A DNA stretch of 63,464 bases, counting the filler, from Sphacelaria rigidula (lineage: Eukaryota): assembly GCA_964200075.2 (NCBI GenBank). It is 5 parts of 5 records of this genome, joined end to end, with 100 filler letters (N's around TTAATTAATTAA, not from the genome) between each part and the next. Parts side by side here need not be neighbours in the genome. Positions count along the whole stretch, not along the records: positions 38,143 to 50,753 come from CAXNAA020003571.1; positions 50,854 to 63,464 come from CAXNAA020003572.1; 3 more parts are not named here. One strand, written 5' to 3'. Positions 39,529-52,127 of the stretch are shown one piece after another. The notes beneath the pieces were generated by a model. It saw only the letters and a list, made by a program, of their open reading frames with translations. It had not been told where the DNA came from and ran no database searches. A program made the translations under genes and the position numbers. Every line of letters begins with the position of its first letter. Positions within the stretch are counted from its first letter, which is position 1.

Positions 39529-42500
39529 ATGCATACAATGCGTCGAGGGGACAAGGCGATAGGACGGCTGTCACGTTCCGTATCAGCTTTAGGGACAACG
39601 GCATGCCGCGGTCCTTCTCCCACGAATTCTCACGTAAGAGTTGATTCGAGAACTTTCACTGCATATCGGAGACGGCAATTTCTATATAGTATGGCTAACA
39701 GTCTAGCATCAGCATCGCCTATCTGCAGCAGCAGCAGCAACGGAGGTCGGGGCGCAAGTGCTTACTCCAAAAACATTGGGGTCGCTTTAAAGACAAATCA
39801 ACACGCTAGCGTTGCAACTGCAACTGCAACGTGCACAGCTGGGGTCGGTCGGGGTAACGGTGTTGTAGCCAGGACGGCTTGGACCAGTGCCAGTAGTTTT
39901 CAAATGACATCAAGCAAGGTCTTGCAGCAGCAGCAGCAGCGGCGACGAGGCATGGCGACCACTCCGATGTCTGAAGCGGATTTTCACGAGGTAGCCGATA
40001 TGGTCCTGGAGATGATCCATGATGTGGTGGAGGCGGCCTTGGAAGATGGCTTCGAGGGCGATTTCGACTGCAACCTGTCGGTAAGTATCTAAGTAGTTGC
40101 AGATACTACCTCATGTTATACTCGTAGTGTGTATAGTGCCATGGCTTGCTGTCGGTGATTTTGTGCATACCTTTGTTTCTCAGCATGCTGCAGAAGAAGG
40201 CGGGATGTTTTCGCCGTCTTGCCGACTGACGGAAATTGTGTGTTTGGAGGCCCAATGTGATGAAATGCAAAAAGCAAACGTGGAGAGAGAGTTGTTTGAG
40301 TGGCCACGAGGAAAGTACGCGCGTTCGTCATACAAAGATACTCGATTTAGGCGATGAGTGTTGCGCCGATTACACCTGAGTTGTGTGGGCGGCGCCAGAT
40401 TAACTTGACTTGACCGTGCGCTTTGACCAGTAGACTCCAAAACACAACAAGCACCCATGCGGTGACTCTACGGTGAAATTTCAGTAAAGGGCGGACGATG
40501 CCAGCGCGCGAATGTTGCGTCCCTCTTGGCGTGTTCACCGCATTTGGTACGGTGGTGGTTTGCACACACGTGATCCCGTGTGACCCGCAGATGCTTGTAG
40601 CACGTATCAAAACATATGGAACATTAATGTTTTTGTCCCCATTTTTTTTGTCATCCAGCCTATGGCATACGGCTGGCGCCGACTCTGACCTTTTGCTTGA
40701 ACCCCCCAGAGCAGCCAACCCATTGCATGCTGTAAGCGGGTGTCCTAGGGAAGGGCTGACATCATGGATTGCGGGCGGCGTGAAGCCAAGTATATATGTG
40801 CTGTAAAATTGAACCACAGCCCAACGCTCTGTCGTTTTGCCTGCCAACATGATGCGCAGCACTGTATACACAGCAAATTTTCGGGCTGGTTCGATATGTG
40901 TTGCGATATACGATAGTGCAATGATGGACCCTAGAGTCACGAAACAATCGCTTCTGGTTCATCGGGACCGGTTTTTTATTCTTTTTTAGTCCTTCGTCAC
41001 TTCTTCCATTTTCTGCTTTGTTTGTTTTTATTTTTCTCTTTCCTTTCATTTTGTTTCCCTTATTCTTCTCTGCTGCTTTTTTAGTTTACTCGGTTTGTTC
41101 CATCATTTCGTTCTCCGATTTTCCTCATTTCTTGCTTTTCGCGAGCGTTTCCGTATCGTTTTACCTTGAGTGAGTCTATCCTATGACCACGGCTGAGTCC
41201 GTCGAAGATTAGTTGGTGTGCGACAATCAATCATGATCAATCGATCAGTCGATCAGTCAAGTTCCGCTTGACTGCTGGCATGTCCTCTTCAAAACGTGAC
41301 TCGTGCACCCGGATAATATGAAGCCACGCATAAGTGCTTCAATTATTTGTACTCCGAGGCCGGATGTTCTGGCAAATAGAGTTTTGGCCCTTGGATTGTT
41401 CACTTTCGGGACGTTTGACCCACTTTTTGACCCCTTAACAGGGAAATCGCCAACACACGTCTCGGATACTTTTCATCACCCCACAGAGAGGATCCTAGCC
41501 CACTTTTCAGATTCGCTTGGCTCCGAGGTTTCGAGCTTGGCCGCTGAACAATAATTCGTGTGCAATAATCTGTGCTTGCCAATATACAGCAGTTTGCCCA
41601 ATAATCTGTGGAGATTGCCGTAGATATTATTGCACACGGACTATTGTTCAGCGGCCACTCTCGAAATCTTGGAGCCAAGCGAATCTGAAAAGTGGGCTGG
41701 GCCCCTGTCTGTGGGGTGATGCAGAGTGTCCAAGACGTGTGTTGACGATTTTGCCGGTTCGGGGGCAAAAATTGGGTCAAACGCCCCGAAAGTGAACAAT
41801 CCATGGGCCAAAAATCTGTGTGCCATAATATCCGGCCTGAGCGAATGTATTTCTTGTCTTCGCTCCACATATTTCAATCAAGGCCAACACAAAACCGCCC
41901 CAAAAGTCGATGATCCACCCCACACCGCATAAAACGGGGTAGGAAAATATCAGGACGTAACACACACGTATAAGTGCGTTGCACTTTAGCAGCTGCTGCA
42001 GTGCCCTACGTAGTATACTTAGATTGATTCTTATCCAGCGTGGAAAAGTTCGCGTTTTGCGCAAAGTCATCGGCGCGGAAGGGATGTGATGCTGATTTTG
42101 AGTGGTATGTAGCCCCCTGAGTACGTAATGCCAAAATAAATATTTTACTGAAGGGAGTCATATTCATGACCACAGGGTCTCGCGGCTCCGGGTGGTACGA
42201 TTACTTCATGCACAGCGTAGCACGCAAGATAAGCGCAATGTGACGGGACATATTGACGATCAATTTCGCGCTGCCAATGTCTAGTGTCCAGGGGTTAGAT
42301 ATTGCACAATGGTCTTGACCAGAGAACCTCAAATGCGAGAAATCTGTTTCGTTTGTGTACATCAGTCTTTGCCGGCGCTTTGAGCACAACTTGCCCATTA
42401 CGTGTGCTCGTGATCGTTTGTTGAGTACGTGCTTATCCCTCTCGTGCGTGAGCAGTGGTCGGACACTGCGTATGTATCATTTCGTGTCCCTGAAACTATG

Positions 42501-44082
42501 CACTTCTTGTTCCGAATACAAAATAAGATGAAGTAAGCGTCCTAGCGTTTGCCGGATGGTCAGGACGGAGGGACGTCACCACGGTGTCATGATAAAAAAA
42601 ACGTTGTAGCGGGTAGAACTTGTGATTAGTGATTCTGACCGCGTTATGACATGGTGCACCGTTCTTATAGAAAACCGCAATATTGAGGAATCCCACTTGT
42701 TCTTACATTTTCCCCCACTTCCCTTCAAATAAACATGGATTTCCAAGTTTCGACATTTCACTGCGCGTTGCTTATATTTTTGTTGTTGTTGGCTGCAGCA
42801 AGGAGTCTTGAACATCATCATCACTGGGCGAGGAACCTGGGTCCTCAATAAACAGTTGCCCAACCGACAAGTATGGTGGTCGAGTCCTATCAGGTGAAGC
42901 AGAAGCAAGTATGATGGGGTTATGTCCCGTGATATTTGTTCGGAAAGACGGTGGTGGTCATGGCCCCAATACGTTGAAAAAAAATGGTGTTGACATTTCT
43001 TTAAGCTGATGAATCAAGTCTCGGCTGTGATGGCGTGTGAACAAGAACCCAGTGTAGCGTTGGATAGTTTGCAGAGCGATACTGCAGGATTAAGATAGCG
43101 ATTTAGCTCTGCAGGGTGAAGAGGGAAGGAAGGGTATGTGGAAGGGTATGTGCACCCGCATTGGCGAACGTCACATGAGTAAGTTCACGAGTATTATGTA
43201 ATTGTTATCAGGCTTGACCTTAACAGTGTGCTACTGTAGAATATGCGGACAACGATTGTGGTAAAAAAATCTACGTCGTTCATATTATTAACGATGAGCT
43301 TTCGGTCCTAAATCGCGTCATACCTACACCAACAGTCTTACTTGAAATAGATTATAAAGAAGCCATGCAGCTGGTGGCCGTACGCTGTAGTCTGCGACAA
43401 GCTGGTAATGCTGTTAAACGTCTCAGTTGCTGGGTCTCTCATTTGCGAGCTTTCCCGAACAGCGTTGAACGGTCAGCTGGAGGACATTTAGCATTAAATG
43501 AGGAGTACAAATCTCTGCGAAAGCCTCGACGGAGAGGAAGTCACTGGTAATAGCGGTGGGTTGACTATCGTCAGTTCGAATCTCGCTACATTTATATGTG
43601 TATGTCCTGCCAAGTAGCTGTGCTAACACTGCCTTCTTGGCTTGAAGGGCTTCAAGAGTTCATCCGTTGTTGCTAAGTGCAGAATGTCCTCCTTTGGGTA
43701 AATGTGGTATCTTCTTACTGTGTACATAGTGTAATGATGAGCAACAGACCGCGTTTAAGATGCACCCCCACATCGATGCTGTGTATGTAGCTGACTTCTT
43801 GGTTTAGGATGACAGGCTAGTTCATATTCCGAAGGTGAACAGCAGCTGAGTGTAGTGATTCCGCAGTGTATCTTCGTGCTAACGCCCACCCCGTCTCCTC
43901 TCCACCCGCCCAATCTGCACTGGTTAATTCGCTTTTTCTGCACTGCCAGTGGGCCCTTACGCTTCGAATTCGATAGGGAGAATCTGCAATGGCTCAACAC
44001 AAGGGACGGCCTAACCGAAATAATATCATTGCTGACAGTGGAGTTGAAGGAGAAGTGTGGCGTGGATCTCAGCAAACTGTAG
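39529..44082 (+). CDS. FXN: Frataxin (CyaY family), mitochondrial precursor
   Basis: Exons 39529-40080, 42799-42893 and 43950-44082. Mature domain MSEADFHEVADMVLEMIHD...DCNLSQGVLNIIITGRGTWVLNKQLPNRQVWWSSPISGPLRFEFD...WLNTRDG carries the frataxin signature NKQxPNxQxWxSSPxSGP. Arg/Ser-rich N-terminal extension. Start codon uncertain (39529, 39538 or 39691). Confidence 0.95.
40960..41245 (+). mobile_element. Probable LINE 3' tail
   Basis: T-rich stretch followed by TGACCACGGCTGAGTCC...GTGCGACAATCAATC. Confidence 0.55.
41357..41840. mobile_element. Foldback element (about 210-bp inverted arms) in frataxin intron 1
   Basis: AGGCCGGAT...GCCCACTTTTCAGATTCGCTTGGCTCC...CGTGTGCAATAAT is mirrored by ATTATTGCACACG...GGAGCCAAGCGAATCTGAAAAGTGGGC...ATCCGGCCT. 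Confidence 0.85.
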
Positions 44083-45860
44083 TGCAACTTGTTTTTGCGC
44101 TTGCAGTGGTACCATCAGCACCGCGCGTGCGGATTTATTTCCACGGGCAATAGATACGCAGTTACCATGTGATCCGTAGACAATATCGTAAAGCTTGCCG
44201 TAGTCGGCGCTGTCTAGCATGGTGGCACGTGCGCGTTCCCACTAGTTCAGTATGCCGTGTCGGATGTAGTGTTGAATTGATGGGGGAAATCTACGTCAAG
44301 TAGATGTTCTACTTCACTTCAAGACGGATGGATCGTGATCTTTCGCTGCTGCTGGAGAGGAGGGGAGCCGACTTGTGTAATACTCTGCTCACTTTTTTGG
44401 AGTAGCCAAAATGGGTGAAGTTGGGTGAAGCCGTGGGCGCTGGTCATGGAAGAAAAAACTCTCCTGCGAACCGTACATCTGCATTCTTGTGCTGCACAAA
44501 GGTGGAAACACCGCCATACATTGGCCTGCGATGCATTTACTAGTTGTTGTTTGTGCTCGGACATTTTCGGAAGTGTACACAATTGCATCATAATGGACAC
44601 AACGATCGAATACTTGCCGTCGCTTGTGTGTCGTTGTTGAAGTCGTGCTTGAAGGGCCTGTTCTGTTTTGCAGATTTCACGCGGGACGAGGAAGCTCCCC
44701 GGCCGGCTGCTCGTTTATTTCACGACGAACGTTACACGTTTCCACCACGGAATGATACGGCGGTGACATCCGTGCAGCATGTCCTGCTGAATCGTGTAAA
44801 ACGCCAAAATCTCAGCATCACTGCAGGAATGACCAGATATTTCGATATTTTGTACATGCGACAGCACGCGTTGGGAACAGTATTTGTTGAGTGAACACGA
44901 GCCGAGAGCATGCCTTCTGGAAGCTTGCGAAGGTAGGTAGGGTAGATACAGTACTCCAGGCTCCAGGGTACAAGAGATAGAGTACCCCAGAGTGTCTAAT
45001 GTCGAAATCACAGAGTATCCAGGGTGGAGTGCAGTACAGTACCTACATACAGTATCGCCCAGCTGAATCGATGTACATTGCGGCAACGAAACCTGCGCAA
45101 GGTGCGCTAGCATTGCCCGGCGAGTCCTGAGATGGGCGGAAGAAGGGAAAGTCTTAAGTTGCGAGCGTGTAGGGTCCAGCATCTTGCTGCTGATTTCTGT
45201 TGCGAACCCGTGCCTCTGTTCTATTTCTTCCTTGTCCCTAGACAGGTAGGGGAATAGTCATCACGAGAATACCCCTTGTTATCCGAGAACGTTCTCCTTG
45301 CGGGTAAGGGCATTTTCATATGGTGGGGGTAAATGCTTGACTAAGCGGCGGAAAACTACGAAACTGCACATTTGAATGGCTTGGCTCGAAGATTTCGACA
45401 TAGTAGTCAACCTTCGAACTTGGGATGTACTCCGTGGGGATTTTTTCCGCAAACACTTTTCATGTCACCCGAAAGTCTCTGAATATGTTGATGGTGGGAG
45501 GAACAGGTCGTTCCCGGGAAATATTTTTCAATTTTATTTCTTGTCTCGTCGGGATTCAACTCCTGTTTTGTGGAATCCTATTGACTGTGGCGAAGAACAA
45601 GATCCATTTTTTGCAAGAATGCCCTCGAGTGATGAGAAATAAAAATCAGCATGCCAAATGCATTCTTTTGCTTTGCCCTTGCGATACTCCATAGCAAATT
45701 TCAACGTACAACTGTCACAACTGAGACGCTACGGAAACATCCAGATTTGATGCCTGATTCGTTTCAAGGCTAGCCCAGCTCGTAATTGTGGCTCAAAATT
45801 GTAGACGTGATGCATTACTTTCCTCTCTTCGGGAATCGGTAATGATAATATGTACTGTAC

Positions 45861-46165
45861 GCGCCCCGGTGGTGTAATGGTCCGCATTTCGCCATTAGGG
45901 CGGAGAGAACGGGGTTCGATTCCCGATTCGTTGGTTTTTTTCTTCGTAATGTATAATTTCCACCGTGGAAAGTGTGAGAACGTGAGTAAACAAAATAGTC
46001 GACTGGATTTGTGTGACGTGTGTTGACGCGGTGCGGGAGTGCTGATCCAATCCGCGAGACCAAAATGTAAGGCACGTGCCGGGGGAGAGACGGGTTGATC
46101 CCTTGAGACCACGGACTCATCCCGAGGAAGGGGAGGGCTTCAAAGTGTGAGGAAAAACAAACAAA
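45861..46165 (+). mobile_element. tRNA-derived SINE family B
   Basis: GCGCCCCGGTGGTGTAATGG...GGTTCGATTCCC, conserved body, (CAAA)n tail. Confidence 0.85.
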
Positions 46166-46345
46166 CTGTAATATATCGATTCCTAACTGTTGGGATCAAA
46201 CGCTAACCGCAATAAACCAAAGTAATCGAAGAACCGGGAAAACTGACCTTCCACCAACAGCCCTTACTTCAAGCATCGTCTACTGGTTGTATAGCCTTGC
46301 CGGTGCTCAACTATTCAAAAGCTCTTGCACGTACATACCCGAAGC

Positions 46346-47231
46346 ATCGGAAGTCTGCGGAATTCGTAATTTCTTAGTTATTTGGGGATTTTCCAAATTT
46401 CTTTCGCTTGCCACCGTTCATCACAGTGAATGTTCGATGCCACAAAATAATGAGGATCTGGAGATATTATTATCCTCTGGACAAATTCGAAAGAAAAAAT
46501 CTGCTATCAATATTGAGTGACTTACGGTCTTCACAAATCTCGGAGCTCTTGTGAAAGTGCAACCCCAGCTTCTAGCTTTTCGGTATATTCGATGGACCGA
46601 CTCGATTCCGATCATATATTTGAATACATAGAGCGATATATGTATATTAATTCCACTTATTCACTGTGCTAGAGCCAGAAAACTATGTTTCTCGGACCAT
46701 TCACGGTCAATAACACCCTCCTGATAAACGGGGTCATCACTCCGTATCGCCCCCACAACACCAACTCGGGCATTTTGATTTCAGCACGATCTGCTTACTT
46801 TGCCAAGGTTATCGACGCTAGCACTTTCGAGTGCTCAGGGAGAGTACTATGTGGAATCCCCCCCATAAGGATTCATCCACGGAAAATGCTGGACTGAGGT
46901 CAGTGCAGTATTGGGGGAGAGACGGTCTCGATCGTTCTTTTGAAGAATTGTGTACATATTCATTTATCTGAAAAAATCCCGTTTCGTTGCGAAAGAGCAG
47001 GAAAACTGTTTATATTGGACCGAAAACGGTCAATAACACCTTCCTGATAAACGGGGTATCTAGTCCGTATCGCTCCAAAAACACCGGGTTAGGCACTGTC
47101 GCTTGAGCTCGGCCTACTTTCCCCCCCTAAATCTACCAACGACGCTAGCACTTTCAAGTACTACTGAACAAAAATATTCGAGAAAAACTCAAAAAGTACA
47201 ACAACAACTTTGAATTCCGCAGACTTCTGAT
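46346..47231. mobile_element. TIR element with internal about 140-bp direct repeat
   Basis: Inverted ends ATCGGAAGTCTGCGGAATTC / GAATTCCGCAGACTTCTGAT (19/20 match). Internal repeat ACGGTCAATAACACC.TCCTGATAAACGGGGT...CGACGCTAGCACTTTC at about 46694-46835 and about 47017-47162. Confidence 0.6.
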
Positions 47232-47682
47232 CCTGATTACTATATACTACTGTACTGTATCACCCCTGTCCCTAACTTGCTGGTTGCTTTGTACATCAAG
47301 AGACAATGATTCACTAAATAATACAGCGTACAGACAGCCCCACGGTATACTGCAGTAGTAATACCTTGCGTACATATCGTCAGGACCAAACGTCAACCAC
47401 GAACCTCCAATATGTTTTCGTCACTGCTCATGGTGATCCACAAAGACTGACCTCTCTGCTACGTACGTCACCAACCTAATACGCCTCCAAATCTGGTGTT
47501 CAAACTTTTTGCTCGCACGAACTTATCATATCTTGATTTGTAACGCAATTTTGCGCGAAGATCGCGCCAACACTCAGCTTGGGTAGCACAGTGCCGCTGA
47601 AGCAGTACGGTATAATACAGTACAACATATCGTTCACAGCTTAGTACTATTGATAGTGGCCAGTCCTTGTCCCATAGCCACT

Positions 47683-50407
47683 ATGCCTCGCCGAGCAGCG
47701 TCGTCCCCGAAAGCGAGTCCGCGTGCAGGTACACGGCGAAGCACGCGACTCAGCAGCAGTAACAGCACCACCCAGCCGCTGGGAGGGAACGAATCCACGT
47801 CGTCGCGTCAGCAAGGACCTGGTGATGGTGCTAGTGGTAGTAGTGGTGGCGGCAAGAGCGTCGGCGTTAAAAAGCGGGCGGGTGGAAATGTTGGTGATGA
47901 TGCCGACGGTGGCGGTGGTAACCCTGCGAAAAAGGTGATCGTTGATTGATCGGTCCCTGATGTAATGGTTGACTAGAAAAAAAGTACAGTGAGGTGTTCG
48001 GTGACCCACCCAGTCAGCGCTACGGTACAGTATACAAATTACCCCATACTCCTTTCACGTGTACATCTTGCTGCGGCTCATTGTCGAGCGCTGTTCAGGG
48101 ACCCCACCTGCTCTGCGGGTCATTCGTGACTTCTATCAGTTTAGAACTAAGCGAGGGTCATATCCCGACACTCTGCACCACAATACCATACCCTGTCGAC
48201 TGTGCAATTCGAGAGGTCCGGGGCTACTCTCAGATGTGTACTGTAGTGTAGGCAACGGGGTATAACACCCCCTCTTTGAGAAAGATACCTCTTCTCCACG
48301 CGTGAGACGAACTTGGTCGCGATGGTTTCAAGAACAAGAATCGTCAAAAGTGCATTCATGCGAGACACATTTCGGGGGTTAGATTCGATTGTCTCGGTGT
48401 AAGATTGTCGACGTCAACCGTAATATCCATCATGTGTGTGCTGGAACTATTCAAACGATTGACTCATACGTCATCTGCCAATACATCTGCACGTAGCCTT
48501 GCCACGAGGCATGCGAAGTATACTATGTACTATAGCATAGTAGACATCGCCATTTTGCCATCTCTTCGCGCGCTACTGAATCAGTGGTGCTGTATCTACT
48601 TTCCAAATATTTCCTACATTTTCAAAACTTTTGAAATTGAATCACATGGTATTTCTTGACTGTGGTGGCACAAGCAGAGTCAAGACAACGCACGGTCATA
48701 TAATTGTACACGCATGAAATTGACCCAGCACTTTCTGCTCGCTTTGCTGGTTATCATGACTGTTGAATAATATTTATTGGGAACCAACCAAATCAATGTG
48801 CCCGGTCCCGGCTACACACCGGCAGTCTTACGCCAAAAGAAAAAAAAGGAAAAAATCGGAACAAAATACGACATTTTTTCGCCCCAATACGCACGCACAC
48901 ACCGCGCAACCCCAGATTTAGCAAGATAGGGTTGTTGTCTGTAGTGTACATGACATGTGGTCGAAGTTTCAGCACGTAAAAGCACTAACAGCGCTTGCAC
49001 GGCCGTGTCTTCTGAAGTGAGCACCTCCACAGGCGATACCACGATGGGTACCGCGTAGGATCACATCATCCAGAGTGTGCACAATACGAATCGATGTGTT
49101 CGTTTGCCGGGGCAGGGGCCACCCAGCAGGAAGTGAGCGTATCTGCGTGTCAACATATGCATCCACTGACGTCTCACGCAGTTTGGGCCGAAGGGACTGC
49201 GTTTTGAGGGCCTATCGATGACATTGCCTCAAATCTGTATTCTGCTTCGTGCTACCAGCGCACCACGTAAAACGTGCCGCCTCTCCGGAAGTATGCTGTC
49301 TGTGTTGTGGTCTACCTCTGTGCCAAGTTTCAGGCTGGTAAGAACAGACACGACGGAGAAATCCACAAGCGAAATATCCCTTGATTTGTACTGAAAATAC
49401 GGTACTAAACCCTGTTAAACCATCGAAAGATACATGAGGTGCTTATGACTTTTGTATGCGAGAATCTTGGCAGTTGGCTTGCTTTTTTTTTGGCATAAGA
49501 CCGCTGGAGCCTCTCGAGTTATCTTACAGCAGATGAGAGTGCAAAGACGGAAAGTGCTCTGAAATTTCAGCATCAGTGATCTGACCAAGCCACTTGAATC
49601 GTCAAGAATGAATGAACGCGACAGTAGCAGTATGGGTGGTTCAACGCCGTACCGCAGCGTCTTTCCATTTTCCATGTGTCACTTCAAAAGCACATGTTAT
49701 TTTCTTCGCCTACTCCGCCTGTTCTACTTTTCTCTTTTTTCCTTCACTTTTTTTCAGCGAGTGTTTCATTTTTTTTTTTTTCTTGTCTCGGGTACGTCCA
49801 TCATGTGACCACAGCTGGATCCCTGGGAGATCAGATGAAGTGCGACAATCAATCAAATCAAAATCGAAATGCAGTACATCAACCACAGAGTGACCACAAG
49901 CATGACGATCTACGCGTTGCAGGGTTATACATGTTTCTCACACAGGCGACGCTCATATGGCCACCAGTAGCCTTGCCGACTACACTGTTGTGCTGTACTG
50001 GAACGATGGAGTAGCCAGGCGCACTCGCATTTCGTTCTCCGTATAGTGGTATTCTACATGTGGCACCGAGCGTCACAAGGGTTGCCATAAATCCGATCTT
50101 TATCCCTCCGTGGCCCACATCAAAGCAGGCTAAAAAACTAGACTCAGCATCTACCCCAGGAGAAGATGATGGAACGGCCGAAACCGTCGCTAGCAGTAAC
50201 AACGAAGGTACGGCGGGCGCCGAGGCCGCCGCGAGCGAAGGCGAGGGTGACGGCGGCGATGCGGAACAAGACGTTGAGGAGGATGGTGGTGGTGGTGGTG
50301 GTGGTGGTGGTGGTGCAGATGCTAGTGCAGATGCTGGTGCTAATGCTGACGCCGGTGCCGGTAGTGCGGGCGGGACCGCTCAGGCCAGGAGGGAAGCCTG
50401 GGCAAAG
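47683..50407 (+). CDS. 5' exons of an unknown gene with disordered, basic/acidic N-terminus (truncated by contig end)
   Basis: Exon 47683-47934 (MPRRAASSPKASPRAGTRRSTRLSS...PAKK|GT) and exon 50129-50407 (AG|AKKLDS...ARREAWAK|GTATGT), both phase 0. PAKKAKK resembles an NLS. Confidence 0.65.
49690..49870 (+). mobile_element. Probable LINE 3' tail
   Basis: T-rich stretch then GTGACCACAGCTGGATCCCTGGGAGATCAGATGAAGTGCGACAATCAATCAAATC, similar to 35601-35665. Confidence 0.6.
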
Positions 50408-50753
50408 GTATGTCGTATGTTTAGGTGTGTGTAGATTTTTAATCAATAAGGGGTACTGCTTTGTCGGCGGTACTCGAAGGATGATGGGTTTCTCTGTCAG
50501 GGAAATCTTGGTACACGTGACTGGTCGCGATTTTTTCAGTTTCTGTTTAATAGACCGTGCCACGTGAGTGCTCCGTAGAATCGTTCCCGGTCGCTCCGTT
50601 ATCTCCCGAGCGCGGGATCAACGCTACAATGGATGAGGTGGGCGAGCTTGAGAGCACTTTCCTCCATCCCCCCCCCCCCGCGCGCTGACGGTGCTCCGTC
50701 TCGAAAGGGATGCGTGGTCAATGGTCAAATGACTAAGGCAAGCAACAAATGAG

Positions 50754-50853
50754 NNNNNNNNNNNNNNNNNNNNNNNNNNNNNNNNNNNNNNNNNNNNTTA
50801 ATTAATTAANNNNNNNNNNNNNNNNNNNNNNNNNNNNNNNNNNNNNNNNNNNN
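50754..50853. other. Artificial contig spacer
   Basis: 44N-TTAATTAATTAA-44N. Confidence 0.98.
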
Positions 50854-51135
50854 GAAAAATCTCGCCCACCGTTTAAGGATGGCAATTTTGTTCCTCGGTA
50901 GGACGCCGTTCTCATCCTTTATGAACTGCTGCCCCCCGGATTGCCTTCCACCAAGACCCACCGATCTCTTGAGGTGTTTGTACAGGCCTCTCATGTCGCG
51001 GTCCTTGTAGATAACTTCTAGCCTTCCCACATACCTTTCCAGATGTGCTTAGATGCCGTCATCGATTGCTGTACGCACGTTCTTACACGCGGTTCTGAGT
51101 GCTTTCCACGATGCTGGAGTCCGGTGATGCTTGGA
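50854..51135 (-). mobile_element. Non-LTR retrotransposon (RTE-like LINE) 5'-truncated ORF fragment
   Basis: WKALRTACKNVRTAIDDGI*AHLERYVGRLEVIYKDRDMRGLYKHLKRSVGL...IKDENGVLPRNKIAILKRWARFF resembles the endonuclease-RT linker of RTE-clade LINEs. Contains an in-frame stop. Confidence 0.8.
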
Positions 51136-52127
51136 AAGGAAAAAAATGCAGCGTATCTACTACAAGCGCTCTATTCAGATCGTGAGCTGAAGTAATTAGC
51201 TTCTAATACTTTAACCGAGTAGTTATCGGCAACACTAAATTGAAGTCACCCAATCTCCCCTCTGCAACTCCAGTGGTATGGGCACAGCTTTGTAATTTCA
51301 TGCAAAAAGTCATGATCCTAATATGGATATCGGTCATTATCTACCTATTTCCACCGTTCACTACCGTGCTGTTAAACTCAGTTGCCCCCTGATCCTACTC
51401 CGAGCACAGAGCTGGCACAACCATTCCCGACTTTTTAAGCTTCTCGCACCCGGGCCATCTCTGGGTGCTGAAATTCATTATTCAGAAGCGTGTAGTGGGG
51501 TAGAAACAGAACGAATGAAGTTTCTGCTGGAATTTCGTTCATTATCGACGAGGGGACGGAGGGAAGGGGGCCCGTATACTGCTGACAGTCTTCATCAAGG
51601 ATAATTAGGTGTAGCAATAGGGGTAGCTCTTCATTTCCCACCGGACTGTCAGGTGGCGGTGTCATGGTTCATGCTTTTGCTTGAGGTTGGCGTCGGGTAC
51701 TCACGGTTCACAAAGAGGGATCTTAATTCCTGATTACGTAACTTCAGCATGTCCGTTGCAACAGCCGTAAGAGAATCGCGGCGCATGTGTACCGGGGAGC
51801 ACACTCAATCTTGCTGCCCTAGCTGATAGACTGCTTGCCGTCCATCCTCAACATGGGTCTTTCAGACGACGGAGCACTGGGTAGATCATGGTGTGCCTCA
51901 CTGTATGCTGCCTGGATGGGCATATCCCCGTGAGAAATACTCAAAAGCATACAAATGGATGGGGATTTGCCGTATCGGAGCCAAACTGAGCAACACTGGC
52001 CTGATGCAATAAGGAAGCACGGGCTGTGAGCGCCTGTCGCGTTTGCACAAGGCGTTCAGGCTATGATCTCGCATACAGCCAGCTCTACAAAAACAGGTAC
52101 CTTTCCTCGGGATCCCACCGGATTTCC

